In this document: positions 12,588 to 25,540 of the stretch, piece by piece
Position numbering within the stretch: position 1 is the stretch's first letter
Layout: the number at the start of each line of letters is the position of its first letter
Notes under the pieces: generated by a model
Told to the model about the DNA's origin: nothing
Databases searched by the model: none
Seen by the model: the letters and a program-made list of their open reading frames with translations, nothing else
Program-made: the position numbers and the translations under genes
From: Pelomyxa schiedti
Taxonomy: Eukaryota > Protista > Evosea
Assembly: GCA_020536535.1 (NCBI GenBank)
Contig: JAHLWZ010000803.1
Location: forward strand, 1-64,000
Length of the DNA stretch: 64,000 nt
Reading direction: 5' to 3'

Positions 12588-14001
12588 TTAGTGTGCATCA
12601 TCTTGATGGCTCTTCTCCATCAAGAATGGTGTATGTGTTCGGTGGTTGACTGATGAACATTGAGTTGTGATGAGAGGTGGTTCTTCAGGGTTTGGGGATG
12701 TGGAGGTGGAAGTGCATGAAGTGGATGAAGGGGGTGAAGAAAGATTCAGGGACTGTGACGGGGGTTCCACCTGGCTGATTCTGTGAGAGACTGTTCGGGG
12801 CCGCTTTTTCCTATTGGAGTGTTAATAAAGTACCTTGAGAATTCTGGTACTGTTCTTACTTGTATGCAGAGTCGAGTGAAGTGCGTGTTGGTACTCCGGC
12901 TGAGTCTTCCTCTTTTCCTCGTTTCCTTCTTTCCAGCTGATTGAGAACCTGATCATTGAGCGGCGGTAAGGTATACTGCCAAGAATATTGGGGGTTGTTC
13001 TGAAGGTTCCGTGTTGGTGTGGCAGGAGTCGCTTCAACTTCTCCAGTTTGGTAGCCAACCATTTCCAGCAGTTGGGAAAGTTGAACAGGATCCAGGCTTC
13101 CCGCGTATTGTTGGAGGAATTGCATTGCGGCTTCATAGGCTTTATTGGAGTTTTGTGAGGGCGGTTTGATGGAGTCATCACATTCCTGAACAATATCTTT
13201 GTTGGGGTCTCATAGAAAAGGTACCAAATACCTGAGGTACATAGTCCAGAAGGCTTGATTCCATCTGCGAGCGAGGTGCTAAATGAGATGTACGGTGCAT
13301 GGGTGTTGAATATCCTTGATTCTGGGGAACTACTCTGTGCCACGAGTATTCATTTTCTGGGTCACTATTCCTTGTTTCTGCCTTGAACACTTGTGGTATC
13401 TGATCCTGAACTTGAGCACGCACTTGTTCGAATTGTTGCTGCTGTTGTTGTAACTTGGCCAATGTCATGGATTGTTGAGATAGTAAAGTCAATGAAGAGC
13501 GATCCAAGTGTGTGCCTGTCAGCAATGAAGCCTTTAGCACCCTCAACTCGGCCCAAAGTTGACCAGCCACTTGCTCAGCCAAATCCACTTCCATAATACT
13601 CAGTGGCCGCACACTTGCTTCTGTAGTCATCCTCATTAATGCCTCTGTTTTGGGTGCAACCTGTGTGGCAGGAAAAAAGACTAAGTACTGGCTGCACAGC
13701 CAATATAAACAATCACAAAAAGCAAAGCAAGCAATCGTTTGACTTTTGGTGAGGGCACGCCAAGAAGAAAGAGAGAGAGAGAAAAAAAAAAAAAAAACAA
13801 AGACCCCAAACAAAACAAAACGCAATGGTCTCTATCTATACCCTGTTGGCCCAAACAGAGCAAATTTCTTGCAGCGTTGTTGGGTCTCGGCCTTGCAAGG
13901 GAGAGTTCATGGTCCTTTTTTTTTCCTGAAGAGAATATTATATTTGTTTGTGGCCATTTTTCCCTTTTGTTTTTCATTCGTTGGTTGCCGCCCCCTGACA
14001 T
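12588..14001 (-). CDS. Hypothetical protein (multi-exon, Gln-rich coiled coil)
   Basis: Protein-like minus-strand segments (DLAEQVAGQLWAELRVLK...LQQQQQQFEQ; YEAAMQFLQQYAGSLDPVQLSQLL) are flanked by GT-AG sites. The 5' end is uncertain (ATG 13636 or 14001). Confidence 0.5.
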
Positions 14002-14496
14002 GGACAAATCCGGCAATTCCTCTGAGCCAATTCGTTGTTGTTGTATCTGAAATGCATCTTGCCGTTGTCACCTGTCTGTTTTGGTGAGTGTACCTGGCCC
14101 GTAATTCCCGAAGAAGGAATGTCCAGTTCAACTGAAACCCTCGTTGAAAAAAACGAGTCCTCGACACCTTCTGCAGTGAGACCGCCCGCCGAAAACCCAG
14201 AGGCCTTGATGTCCCAAACACGCTGCGATTACCTCCCCCTTGCTGGTAACCACTCAGATGCAGGCAGGGGAGGCCATATTCGGAGAAGTCCTGTATCCGA
14301 AAGTAACCTCAGTGGACCTATCTTGCATCAGGTCAAGATTACAGAAGGGCACTTGTGCCGCGGTTCAGATAGACACGTTTGGGTACTTGGCGAATTGTGT
14401 CAACTTGAGGGCACAGTTACAACTACAAAAGAAAATACAGGAGAAAACTGTAACTTTATATTATGGATCACAGGAGTTTCTTTGGTTTGTGGAAGG

Positions 14497-16425
14497 CTAA
14501 GCATCACAACATATTGCAAAACTGAGGATTGCTGTTGAAGCCATAACCAACGTGGTAATGATGTACCATGGTACCATTAGAACACTCCAGCGGTAATCTC
14601 TGAAGGCATCGAAGGTCAAGGCCACCATTAACTCAAAAGCAAGAACGGGTGCCGCCAGTACTAGAGTTACAATAAAATATGCAATTGTAAACCCCAAGTC
14701 GTCATCGTCCAGCTCCACACAGCAGCATTGGCCAATAAAAAGTACCAATGGCAATATAACTGTCCATACTTCCAGTATAACAAGTGGCAGAACCACATAC
14801 ACCCAGTACAGTGAAGTTGGCCAGGCCAATTTAACGCTCATCAATGCAAGAAAAGTAGTTAAAGCAGCTCCAGCCAAAAGTGTTGTTTGCCACACTAGTT
14901 GCTGGTGACCCTCACACCCGCATTCTACACCTCCTGCTTTTGGTACTGCCCAGAGGTAGAAGGTGATAAGATGCAGAGGAATAGGTAACGTCCATAAAGG
15001 TATATATGCCTCCCCGATAATCATGTAAAGCACAATAAGAATCAGAAACGGCAGAATTAAAAGTAGTGGGGAGAAACAAGCACAACGTCCTCCTTTATCG
15101 GCCTCATAGCCTCGAAACCACAGGCTATTGCAAAGGGGTTTATAGCACTCGTTCGCTTCTGGAGTAATGTCAGCCATATCATACTTGTTTTGCAAAAAGA
15201 CAAATATCTGTACTTGTTTTAGATGATACTCAATGTATTAAAAAGACACTACCCCAACAAAAAAGTACATGTGTACAAGAATAGCCAATAACGGAGATAC
15301 TATAACAATCCAGGGCCAGTCAACAACATACTCGAGCTTGAGCGTAGAGGCAACCAAGAACAAAACAAATAAAAGTGCATAAAACCACTCCCATATTCGC
15401 GAGGAAAGGCAAATAACTGCGTTTCTTGCTCTATTTTTCTTCACCTTGGATTTCGTTAATTTTATTTATATACCTCCACCACAAATCCACCCATTGTAAC
15501 ATACTCCCATCCCACCTCCTTTCTCTGTCGTTCACGCTCTGCAATTGCTGCTCTTCGGTCAGCCTCTTTCTTTTCTTTTCTTTTCTGGTACCTGTGCCGG
15601 TTATGCTCAAGTTTTCAGGGCAATCTCAGTACTGTGATATATAATATGCCTTATCCCGCTTTGCATCCCAGCTTTTAGTCTTGGCAATAGCATTCCAAAG
15701 GCCAGGGTCCCATGCCAAAGAATTCATGCGGGAGCAAGTCTATCACAGAAGTTAAATACAATACAATGAAAAGAGCCAAAAGTACTTCGGATATCTTGGC
15801 GATGGTTTTGATATTCGTGAATAGTAACACTTTAACGACCAGCTCATCTTGATGAGGTTATGTGTGCCAAAGGCAAGGGAACACCAAGGAAAAGGCCCAC
15901 TAGTGTACCTGGTAACAAGTCAAAGAAGCCAGAGTTTAGGCCATGACTGAAATCGCCACTTGCGCGAGTTGATGTCCGCAATTCAGACAAGCTGAAAAGA
16001 GGCCTAGACATTTTGACCGTGCCATCGCTCGCAGGACTGCCAACTGTGGAAGAGCTCTCATCTTCCCGAGAAATCATAGCGTTTATTGACGCCGCCTTAG
16101 CTTTGCCGCCACTGTACTGCACAACAACTGACGATCGTCCTAGCGCCTGGCGCCGCGGCCTTCGCCGTTTGTGTCGGCGCCCTGACGGGGAATACGATGA
16201 AGACGATGACGCGGGATCTTGATCGCCTTCGCCCGCGATCAGTCGGGATCTCTCCCCCTCGTATTCGTCGTCGTCTACTACTCCCTCGTTTCCGTCGTCA
16301 TCAAGAAAGCTGTCGTCGAGTGCGGTGGCAGTGAACACAACGTGTTTCGGGGCAGCAGTGTGGCAGGAGATCTTGGGCAGAAGCGGGTCGTTTTCGGATC
16401 TCGCGAGATCGTCGCCCGTGGACAT
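14497..16425 (-). CDS. F-box domain plus TMEM185-like multipass membrane protein
   Basis: Spliced F-box reads FFDLLP|DELVVKVLLFTNIKTIAKISE|TCSRMNSLAWDPGLW. A short charged coil follows, then about 7-8 hydrophobic helices with TMEM185-type motifs (LKLEYVVDWPWIVIVSPL; VKLAWPTSLYWVYVVLPL; YRWSVLMVPW). Confidence 0.72.
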
Positions 16426-16872
16426 TCTGTAATTGTTGCCGGTTCTGCGTTGTTCTCCACCACCAATTAGTTTTTTTTTTTGGTTTTCGTGGCCTTGGTG
16501 GGGAGGTAAGAAGCAGCGGAAGTGGCTTCTGGACTCAGGGATCTTGCAGTGGGACTCATGAGGGCACTACGGGGGGTATTGCAGAGGAGTGGATCCCAGA
16601 GGGTGACGTAGGGGGGATCTCAGTTGCATTTTATTGACCTTTGTCGTTTTTGCTTGTCGACAATTTTTTCCTTTAATTTTTTCTTTTTAAAACAACTGGT
16701 CATAGCTCCCGTATCGCGCGTAAGTGTCGTGTCGCGGTAGTTGTTGTTCGTTTTCTTTTGTTTGTGGTAGAGTCCAACACCCGTTATTAAACAGAGGAGA
16801 TCGCAACACGCTATTTCTCGGCCGAGATCTCTCCCCGTGTGTGCAACAACCAATATCAAAAAAACATAAAAT

Positions 16873-19423
16873 ATGGACGCTCCAACATCGTCAGCACAGA
16901 GCGGTAGCGTAACCGAGCAAAATGCTGCAACTTCGGCCCCGCAGCAGCCCCAACAAACAGCGACGACTTCGTCTGCAACCACAACATCGACCACAGCAAC
17001 CACTACAACGGGGCAGCCACCGACCCAACAATTGCAGCCATTCCCGTCATTGTACATTGGTGACCTGCACCCTGCTGTCACCGATCAAATTGTTGAACAG
17101 CATTTTGCCAAAGCATTGCCTCCTTTCGCGATACGCTCCGTGCACGTGTGTCGCGACAAGGAGACACAGAAGTCTCTGGGCTATGGCTACATTAACTTCG
17201 AAACCCACGCCGACGGTATGCACGAGTCTTGTATCCTAGTTTTTTTTTTTATGGATGTGGTTTTTGTTTTTGTTATTGTTATTGCTTTGTTGTTTATGGG
17301 GTTGCTGTTTCACTAATGTAGTTACACTTCCCCCTTTGCACAAAAAGGGGGTTCTTACTCTTCTCCTTTTTACTTTAAGCTGAAAAGATTCTCACCACCA
17401 TGAATTACACCAAGATTTGTGATGTTCAGTGCAGGCTGATGTGGTACGTTTGTGGGGGTTAGTAGTCTAAGTTGACTTGAGAAAAAGGATGCGCAGGGAT
17501 CCCTCCTTGCGTAGGTCTGGGCAGGGGAATGTGTTCATCCAGAACCTTCCCGAGGCGTATACTAGTCAGCAACTATATGCTGTTTTCAGGTCCGTATTGC
17601 TCTTTTTTTGCTTTTCTCTGACAAGCAAACAGCCCAATAGGTCCTATTTTGTCCTGCAAGGTGCATGCAAAAAAAGGGCACGGCTTTGTCCATTTCAAAG
17701 AAGTTGCTGATGCTCAAACTGCCATTGAAAAGTGGAACAATAAGAACTTGGGAGGAAACGACATGTGTGACTCGACTTTTTACTCCATTTAACAAATAAC
17801 CGGTGCTTAAGATTGGTGATGCCTTTTGTCAGGCGCAGTGAGGCACTTGGTGCCCAGAAGGACAGCATTTTCACCAACTTGTATGTAAAGAACTTGGATC
17901 CTAGCATCGATACCTCCAAGCTCCAGCAACTTTTTGGTATGCCAGTCTTTAATTATGCTTACGTCATCACGTCCTATCAACCACGATTCTTAACTAGCTT
18001 CTTCCAGAACGGTATGGGCCAGTCACAAGTTGCCTTGTTGCGGCTGACAAAACGGGCAAATCTAAAGGATTTGGGTTCGTCAATTTCCAAAACCACGAAG
18101 ATGCCAAAAAGGCACTACCCTCTTATCATCTTTACTTGCACGTCTAACTGTCCACAGGCTGTCGAGTTGAATCAGAAAGTCATACAAGGAATTTCGATTG
18201 GGGAGGAGCCACTTTATGTTGCACGCCACCAAGTCAGGACAGAGAGGTCTTCTGAACTAAGGCGTCAGTGGGAGGCCACTTCCTCTGGGCCAATTTCCAC
18301 GAAGCCAGGGACAAACATCTATGTGAGAAATTTGGTTGACAGTGTCAACGACGAAGTCCTTGCCCAGTACTTTTCTTCTGTTGGAAATGTGCTGTCCGCA
18401 ACAGTTATGCGCGATTCCCAGGGGATCTCAAAAGGCTTTGGGTTCGTCAAGTTTGCCTTAGCAGAGGAAGGTCAACGTGCTGTTCATCTTCTCAATGGCC
18501 AACAGTTCCGCGGCAAGCCTCTTTACGTCGCAATTCACCAGAGGTACAAAGCTTCTTTTCTTGTAGTTTCAGTCTAAATTTTCAAAGACGCGAGCAGCGT
18601 AGACTGCAACTTGAGGCTGCTTATTCTCATCAAAGAATGATGATGCCTCCACTTGGAATGTACCAGCCTCTTTGGGGGTACCCATTGGTAGTTAATAAAC
18701 TAACTCAAATTTAAATTGTCATGTTCAATTAATTCTCTAACTCTTGATAGCCAGCAATGCCCAGGGGAGTCCCCGGGATGCCGATGTACCCACCATTCCC
18801 AGGATGGCTTCCACCCGCCATGCGCCCCCAGAACTTTGGGAGGCCCCCAGTCCAGATGCAAATGCCCTTCATGCAGCCTCAGCCCTACCCATCCAATGGA
18901 CGAAGGGTACAACAGCAAGTTCCACCAACGCAACATGCTAGGTCTGGCCAACCTCAAATAATAAGATCCTCTGCAGAGTCTTGGGTAATTTGACTACGAG
19001 TGGAATAACATCTAACGTAACTTTAGGCAGGCAAAGCTGCCGTCAAGACACCTACTCAGCAAGGGCGTATGATACCTGGCCTCAACCAGCCGATGCCAAA
19101 TGTTTGTTCCCCGTTCTAAAGCTTCACATCTCACAGTCACATAGGTCATGCAACAGCAAATGCAGGCGCAACAGCCACAGCAGGCGCCACTAGCCGAAAA
19201 CGACCCCGAGAAGCAGGAGGTGGGAGAGAAGCTGTACAACATCGTGAAGGACTCCACCGGTGCCCTTGCCGGCCGAGTCACTGGAATGATGCTTCAGTCC
19301 ATTGGTGTGCCTGTGTTACGCCAGCTGCTCAATGACGAGAACACCGAGGCACTGCAGAAACAAATATCCGAAGCCTACAATGTCTTGCAGGACCACCTCA
19401 GCAAGGCTCCCTCAAACAACTAA
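16873..19423 (+). CDS. PABP: Polyadenylate-binding protein (4 RRM plus MLLE/PABC)
   Basis: SLYIGDL...[21 protein letters not shown]; [18 protein letters not shown]; FTNLYVKNL; GTNIYVRNL...SKGFGFVKF; C-terminal KQEVGEKLY...AGRVTGMML. Confidence 0.97.
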
Positions 19424-19503
19424 ACTTTCCCCGTTCAATTAAAATACAAAACCAGTTGTTGACCCCATCAAATATTTTTTCCCATTTTCCGTCACAATCA
19501 TTG

Positions 19504-20597
19504 TCAGAAACCAACAAGGCCGAGCTTGGTATTTGTCTGGAGTTTCGTAAGTTTTATTTTGTGGAAAAATACAAACCTTTGGGTTGGCTGTTAGGTTTTG
19601 GGCCTCCACTAGTAAGATTAACAAAGGAAGGAAAGGGGAATAAAGGGCTTACCAATAATTTCGTTTATTTGTGTTTGCAACTGCCTTAAATCTTGGTTAT
19701 GAAGCAAACGTAGTATAATTGCTGCATTGCCCATTTTGTCATTTGGAACTGAGAAAGTTCATTAAAACCTCTCATCAAAAGCGAAAATACCTTCAGCAAT
19801 CCCATGCGGGAGTTCTGAGAGGTTAGTGGCCTTTGGAGTATTTACAGTTCCTTCATCAATTGCTTGTTGAATAGAATTGGGAGAGAATTTAGTCTCCAAG
19901 ACCTTTGACAAGGCCTAGGAGTAAATTTAGAGCGGGCGGTATGAAGGGAAGGAATCTACTTCGAGAAGGAGTAATCTCTCTTGGTCTCCAGCCGGGAAAG
20001 GAATGTTTAATAGCCCACACAACTCTGATAACTTGGAGTGCCAGGAATTATCTGTAGGCCTCAGACCAAACAAAGCGGGTGAAAAATCTGTTAAACCTTC
20101 AGGTGTGATTGTAGTAGTACTGGGTGCCTCAGAGAATTTGAGTGACCCACTAGATACTAAATCATTAGATTATTTCAGCTACTGTTTCAGGGAAACAGGA
20201 ACTACAAGGATGAGAAGGAAGGAGACAATCACACAATTTAAACAGGAAAATACCCGAATCCCCAAAAAGCAGAGAAACCGCGTGGCTCAGTAACCAACCA
20301 ATGATTGCCTTTTTGTCGACGGCGTTCATAGCAGGCCCCTGTACTAGGGGACATTTGAGTTCACTCAAATACTTAATGGTAATGGTGAGGACTTTTAAAA
20401 ACCATAAAGGAAGTGCGTAGTGTGTGATTTTTGTTTTCAAGTAGGACTGAATTGTTAGTTTATAGTAACCTGCGAGAAGGAAACGAACCAAGCGGGAGAA
20501 AGAGGAGCCGTGATTGCTGACCTGCTATCAACTTCATACAAGCGAATGACTTTGTTTTCCAACCAACACACCAGTGCTCTCAAGTGCTCGTCAGCTG

Positions 20598-20628
<31 letters not shown>

Positions 20629-20733
20629 CTTCATTAGGTGCAGCATAGGGTGCCTACGTCGCACACAATTTGGGTCAAAGGAGGTTGCGTTGGGATACCC
20701 AACACACTGTAGACGTCGCGCAAACAAGGCCAT
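19504..20733 (-). CDS. RTRAF: RNA transcription, translation and transport factor (C14orf166/CGI-99), tRNA ligase complex subunit
   Basis: Spliced segments MALFARRLQCVGYP; LVCWLENKVIRLY; YLSELKCP...IIGWLLSHAVSLLFGD; AAIILRLLHNQDLRQLQTQINEII; QNLTANPK|TNTKLGLVGF* match the conserved blocks of human RTRAF as I recall them. Confidence 0.9.
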
Positions 20734-20899
20734 TTAGCAACACCGGTATTTGATGATCAAATCACAACAGGCAAGAATCAACTTGTCTTGTCCCACACAA
20801 GAAGCTAGAAAAAAGAAAAAGAGTGGTTATTATGTACTAAAGCTATTTTTCTTTTTTCACTCATTTTGGTAACAGATTTTGTTTTAAAAAAATCTTTCC

Positions 20900-22383
20900 T
20901 TAGAATCCAAGGGCGGCGTGGAGGCGCTCGGCAACAACGTCGATGTACCTCTCAGTTGTGACCCAGTCGGTGTCAAGAAGCCTGTCAACTGTGCCCCTGA
21001 TGCAGAGTGCCAAGTCCTTGGTCATGACCCCGCTCTCGATAACGTCGACGCAAATCTTCTCCAGCACCGAGCAGAAGTTGGTGAGCGGCGCGTTGCTGTC
21101 GAGCTTGGCGCGGTGGGCAAGGCCCCTGGTCCAGGCGAAGATGGAAGCCACGGAGTTGGTGCTTGTGGGCTTGCCCTGCTGCCACATTCGGTAGTGGCGC
21201 GTGACTGTGCCGTGGGCTGCCTCGGCCTCGATGGTGCGGCCGTCGGGGCACACTAGAACGCTGGTCATGAGGCCGAGGGAGCCGTAGCCTTGGGCTACGC
21301 AGTCGGACTGGACGTCGCCGTCGTAGTTCTTGCAGGCCCAGATATAGCCACCATCAGACTGTATTGGGGAAAGGAAGGATTAGCGGGGAAGATAGGAGAT
21401 TGGGTTGTTGGTAGGGGGTTTACCTTGAGCATGTAGGCAACCATGTCGTCTATAAGTCTGTGCTCGTAGGTGATGCCAGCGGCCTTGAACTGAGGGGCGA
21501 ACTCGGTGTCGAAGACCTGTTGGAAGATATTCTTGAAGCGGCCATCGTACTGTTTCAGGATGGTGTTCTTGGTAGTGAAGTAAAGGGGTTGTCTCTTGGC
21601 AATGGCAAGGTTCATGCAAGTGCGGGCGAAGTCGAAGATGGACTCATCAGTGTTGAACATGCCAAGGGTGATTCCTAAAGGAAATTAGTGCGTTGGAAGA
21701 CAAGAGAGAAACGCAGTAACCTGGGCCAGCGAATTTGTTGATTTGGACGACTTTGCTTGTGCCATCGTCGCCAGTGAAGACAAGCTCAACTTTGCCGGCG
21801 CTAGGGACAACGATTTCAGATGCCTAGCACGCGAGTAAGACTAAAATGTGGAGGTTATTTTTGCATACCTTGTATTGATCGGCGTGTGCGTGCCTGCCAA
21901 TGATGATTGGCTTGGTCCATCCGGGAACAAGGCGAGGAACGTTCTTGCAAATAATTGGCTCACGGAAAACTGTTCCACCTGCACAAATTCGTAAGGGATA
22001 TAGTCCAACAAAGTAAGTAGAATTAAGTTTACGTAAAGCAAGTAACGCAACATACCCAAAATGTTCCTGATTGTGCCATTTGGGCTTTTCCACATTTCCT
22101 TGAGGCCGAATTCCTTGACGCGGGCCTCGTCAGGTGTGATGGTAGCGCACTTGATGCCTACATTGCAGGCCTTTATTGCGCGAGCGCACTCTACGGTGAC
22201 TTGATCGTTTGTGGCGTCACGGTTTTGGATCGAAAGATCGAAGTACTGGATGGGAATGTCGAGGAAGGGGACGATGAGTTTCTGCTTGATCTGGGCCCAG
22301 ATGATGCGGGTCATTTCATCGCCGTCCATCTCAACGACCGGATTCGCGACATGGATCTTGGTTGCGGGGGTGGTTGCTGCCAT
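20900..22383 (-). CDS. idh: NADP-dependent isocitrate dehydrogenase (IDH1/2 type, no evident presequence)
   Basis: [81 protein letters not shown]. Confidence 0.98.
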
Positions 22384-22649
22384 TTGCTCGCGCTTGTTGT
22401 TGTTCTTTAATAACAAAAAAAGAAAAATATTTTTCTGTGTGGCGTGTGATGAAACGCTTAAATAGAGCTTAGTGGAACTGGCTTCGGCGGAATAGCGAAC
22501 AGTTTTTTTGTGGAAGCGAGTCTAGAAGCAGAGTTTGATCTTGTTGTTTTGGCGACTTTCCCCTTTGTTTTCACGCCTGGGCTCAGATCTCCCCTCCAGC
22601 AGAGAGCAGCAGAGACTGAGAACAGCTCATTCCTCCACTCCGTGGGGAA

Positions 22650-24926
22650 TCATCTGTTGTTTGTTTGGAGTTTCTCCATCACATGTCTTACAACACCATC
22701 AGCGACGGACTGCTGGAATGAGTCGCTTCCTACAACTAGACTGTCTAATATTACTCAGAAGGAAATGCTGTTCAATCCAAACCGCTTGGAATCAGATCCC
22801 TGCAGCAACCCACAATCTTCTCTGATCCTTCTTAGTGGTTTAAAAGATTGTCACGTAGGACTGTTTTATTTACGTGCTCTTTTCCTTCTGGGTTTTTTTG
22901 CAACTGGTTGTTGCATTATTGGCTGCTGGGGGACTGTAGTGGTGGGAAGTAATTGTGGTGGGTTGAGTGAATTATGTGGATTTTGCACTTGTGGGCTGTT
23001 TGTGTTATTGTGGGGGATCCCGTTCTTCTTTGTGGTATCCTGTTGCTGTTTCGCTTTCTTAGACTTGCTGGGACATAGAACTGCGGTGTCAGATAAATTG
23101 AGAGCCGGAAACTTAAGTTTGGAATGTAGCTCTGGTTGAATAATTCGCCTATCTATCCACATTGAGAATTGCTTTGCAGCTTCGTCAGGACCGCCTAGAA
23201 GAGTTAGTACACTGTATCAAGTAAGGGAAGGATGGTACGCGAAACAGAGTCGGAAAGAAGTGATTCATTTAATGTGGCTAACTTCTGAGCACACTCTTCG
23301 GGATCGTGCAACAGAGACTCAAAGGCCGCAAAAACAGAATCAGCTGCTGGTGGAAGACTGATTTTGTTAAAACAATTGCGTTTAAGTGTTAAAAAGTACC
23401 GAGTAAAAGCTGAGAGGTAATTTTTGGATTCGAGGAACCTCAGCTCTGCCATTAAGCTTTTGAAGTGTGCATCGTCAAAGAAAACTCCACTCTTCTTTTC
23501 GAACCTGTGAAAAATAAGGCAGGTACATATTGTATTTCTTCCCACGCATGGTGTTTTACTCATGCATAAGCTCTGAAAATCCCCTGAGTTTCAAGCCATG
23601 GAGGATACACAAATCCAACTGCCGCTGTTGTTCCCTTGAATGCACCGGCGCCGGAACCAGGGCGGCTGCAGGTTCGGCACCCCAAGTTTGTGGTGGAGGT
23701 GAAGGGGAAGGAATTTCTGTTTGTGGAGTTGCAGGAGTAGGAATTTCTGGTAGTGGAGGTGTGAAAGTAGGTGGTGGGTACGGAGTGCTACTGCCTATAC
23801 ATGGGACTGCCCTCAACTGATTAACCCTCGTCCTCAACTTCTCAGCCAAGCTATCCATATACAGCTCCTCTTCTTCCGGGGGGTTGGACGAGACGAAAGT
23901 CCTTATGGTGAACAGCTCCGAATTGGCATCCGTGACGATTTTGGAAGGTGTATCATCGACAAAGATGATATGAGCATTGGGGTGAACAAGCATGTTCCTA
24001 CGGCTGAAGTACTTACGGAGGTCGCTTGTGTCTTTGTGCGCGTAAGGAGCCCGCGTGGCCAGAGGAGCACTCGAGCAACCAGGGGACAGAGACGGAAGAG
24101 CATTCACTCTGGAGTTGTTACGGGCGCAAATTGCACCATCAATGATAGCAGCGCAGTACTCTTTTCTCAATCCAGGAAGCATCATGTCAAGAACCTCAAC
24201 AAAGAAGTTCCTAAACGCATGCGCCCTGCTCGTCCATATCACACTACACACTCTCCCCTGCTGCTGCGGTTGCATTTGTAATTTCTGCGATTGCGATTGT
24301 GCTTGTGCCTGTGACTCCCGCGCTCCCCCGCCCTCCCCCTCCTCTGTGCCCAATGGAAGCAATCCAGGCTGGGCGTCCGGCAGGGGCCGCCTTATGGGAA
24401 GCGCGGCGGGGCCCGGGGCGAGCGGCGGGAGGGTCTCGTCCTGCACGACGCAGTTGAAGAGGCGCTGGACGCCGGGCCGCGCGGTGATGCGGACGCCCTG
24501 GGGGCTCACGGCCGTGCGGGTGCCGGGGCGCGGCGGCGGGGCGTAGCGGCCCGACCCCTTCTTCGAGGCCTCCACCAGCACCCCGTTGATGTCGAACACC
24601 ACCACCACCGTAGCCGGCGTCGTCGGCGTGGTCGCCGCGTCAACGGCGGCGGCGGCTGCTGCTGCTGCTGCGCCCGAGGCCGACGGCGGCGGCGACGCCG
24701 CGACGCGTGATGTTGTAGTAGTTGTAGTAGTAGAGGTGGGCGTGGATGTCGACGATGGGAGGGGGGCGACGGGAGAGGCGAGGGCCTGGGGCTTGGGCCG
24801 CTCCTCGGTGCCGAGGTCGACGGCCTCGCTGTCGGTCGACGGTGGGAGGGGAGACGGCCGTGGGACGGGGACGGCGGCGGGCGGCGAGACCTGTGCCGCC
24901 TTTGGGGTGGATGTACGGGACCGCAT
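22650..24926 (-). CDS. FCP1/NIF-like HAD phosphatase-domain protein with unknown C-terminal region
   Basis: HAD motifs VVFDINGVLV, ARPGVQRL, VIWTS, KDTSDL and IIFVDDTPSK lie in the 470-aa exon, and further exons can be spliced down to about 22650. The 3' end is approximate and the 5' end abuts the assembly gap. Confidence 0.7.
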
Positions 24927-25199
24927 CGGCTCGGAATTAATCAGATTTGATTGCGTGTGCAACTGCAATGAGAATTAGNNNNNNNNNNNNNNNNNNNNNN
25001 NNNNNNNNNNNNNNNNNNNNNNNNNNNNNNNNNNNNNNNNNNNNNNNNNNNNNNNNNNNNNNNNNNNNNNNNNNNNNNCCGTGGGACGGGGACGGCGGCG
25101 GGCGGCGAGACCTGTGCCGCCTTTGGGGTGGATGTACGGGACCGCATCGGCTCGGAATTAATCAGATTTGATTGCGTGTGCAACTGCAATGAGAATTAG
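24858..25199. repeat. 121-bp direct duplication flanking the gap (unmerged contig overlap)
   Basis: 24858-24978 is identical to 25079-25199, and both copies end or begin exactly at the N run. Confidence 0.9.
24979..25078. other. Scaffold gap (100 N)
   Basis: Run of exactly 100 N. Confidence 1.
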
Positions 25200-25540
25200 G
25201 AGTAGAGTACTCATACCAAACAGTTGTCTGAGCATGGGTGTTGTAGTGAACTGCTGTCATGTTGAAACCCACTACATGAGTCTTCGTGCAATCTGTGATC
25301 AACTCTGCCAAGGGTTTTTCCTCTGTCCCTCCACGGATTCCCCACCCAAACTCCAACAACCACTACTGACTACACCCGTTGTGTTCCCTTTCATGGTGGG
25401 CCACCATGCCCATCATCGAGGAGGCACGGCTGAATGGGAACCTCATGATCATCACTGGGAGAGACAAATCCCCGGTATCTGCCTGTGGACCACAACTACC
25501 AGCAGCTGCCAATCATCAGCACCACTGCAACCAATAATAA

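Noticed and set aside
16397-16410. Perfect 14-bp palindrome GATCTCGCGAGATC containing the vertebrate TCTCGCGAGA promoter motif
   Set aside because: Single occurrence inside coding sequence (codons DLARS), with no evidence for the cognate factor.
16845-16872. A-rich 5' leader of PABP as an autoregulatory element
   Set aside because: A-rich stretches precede most ATGs in this window, so it is not distinctive.
24858-25199. 121-bp direct repeat as a target-site duplication, LTR or real tandem duplication
   Set aside because: Both copies terminate exactly at a 100-N gap, the signature of unmerged overlapping contig ends.
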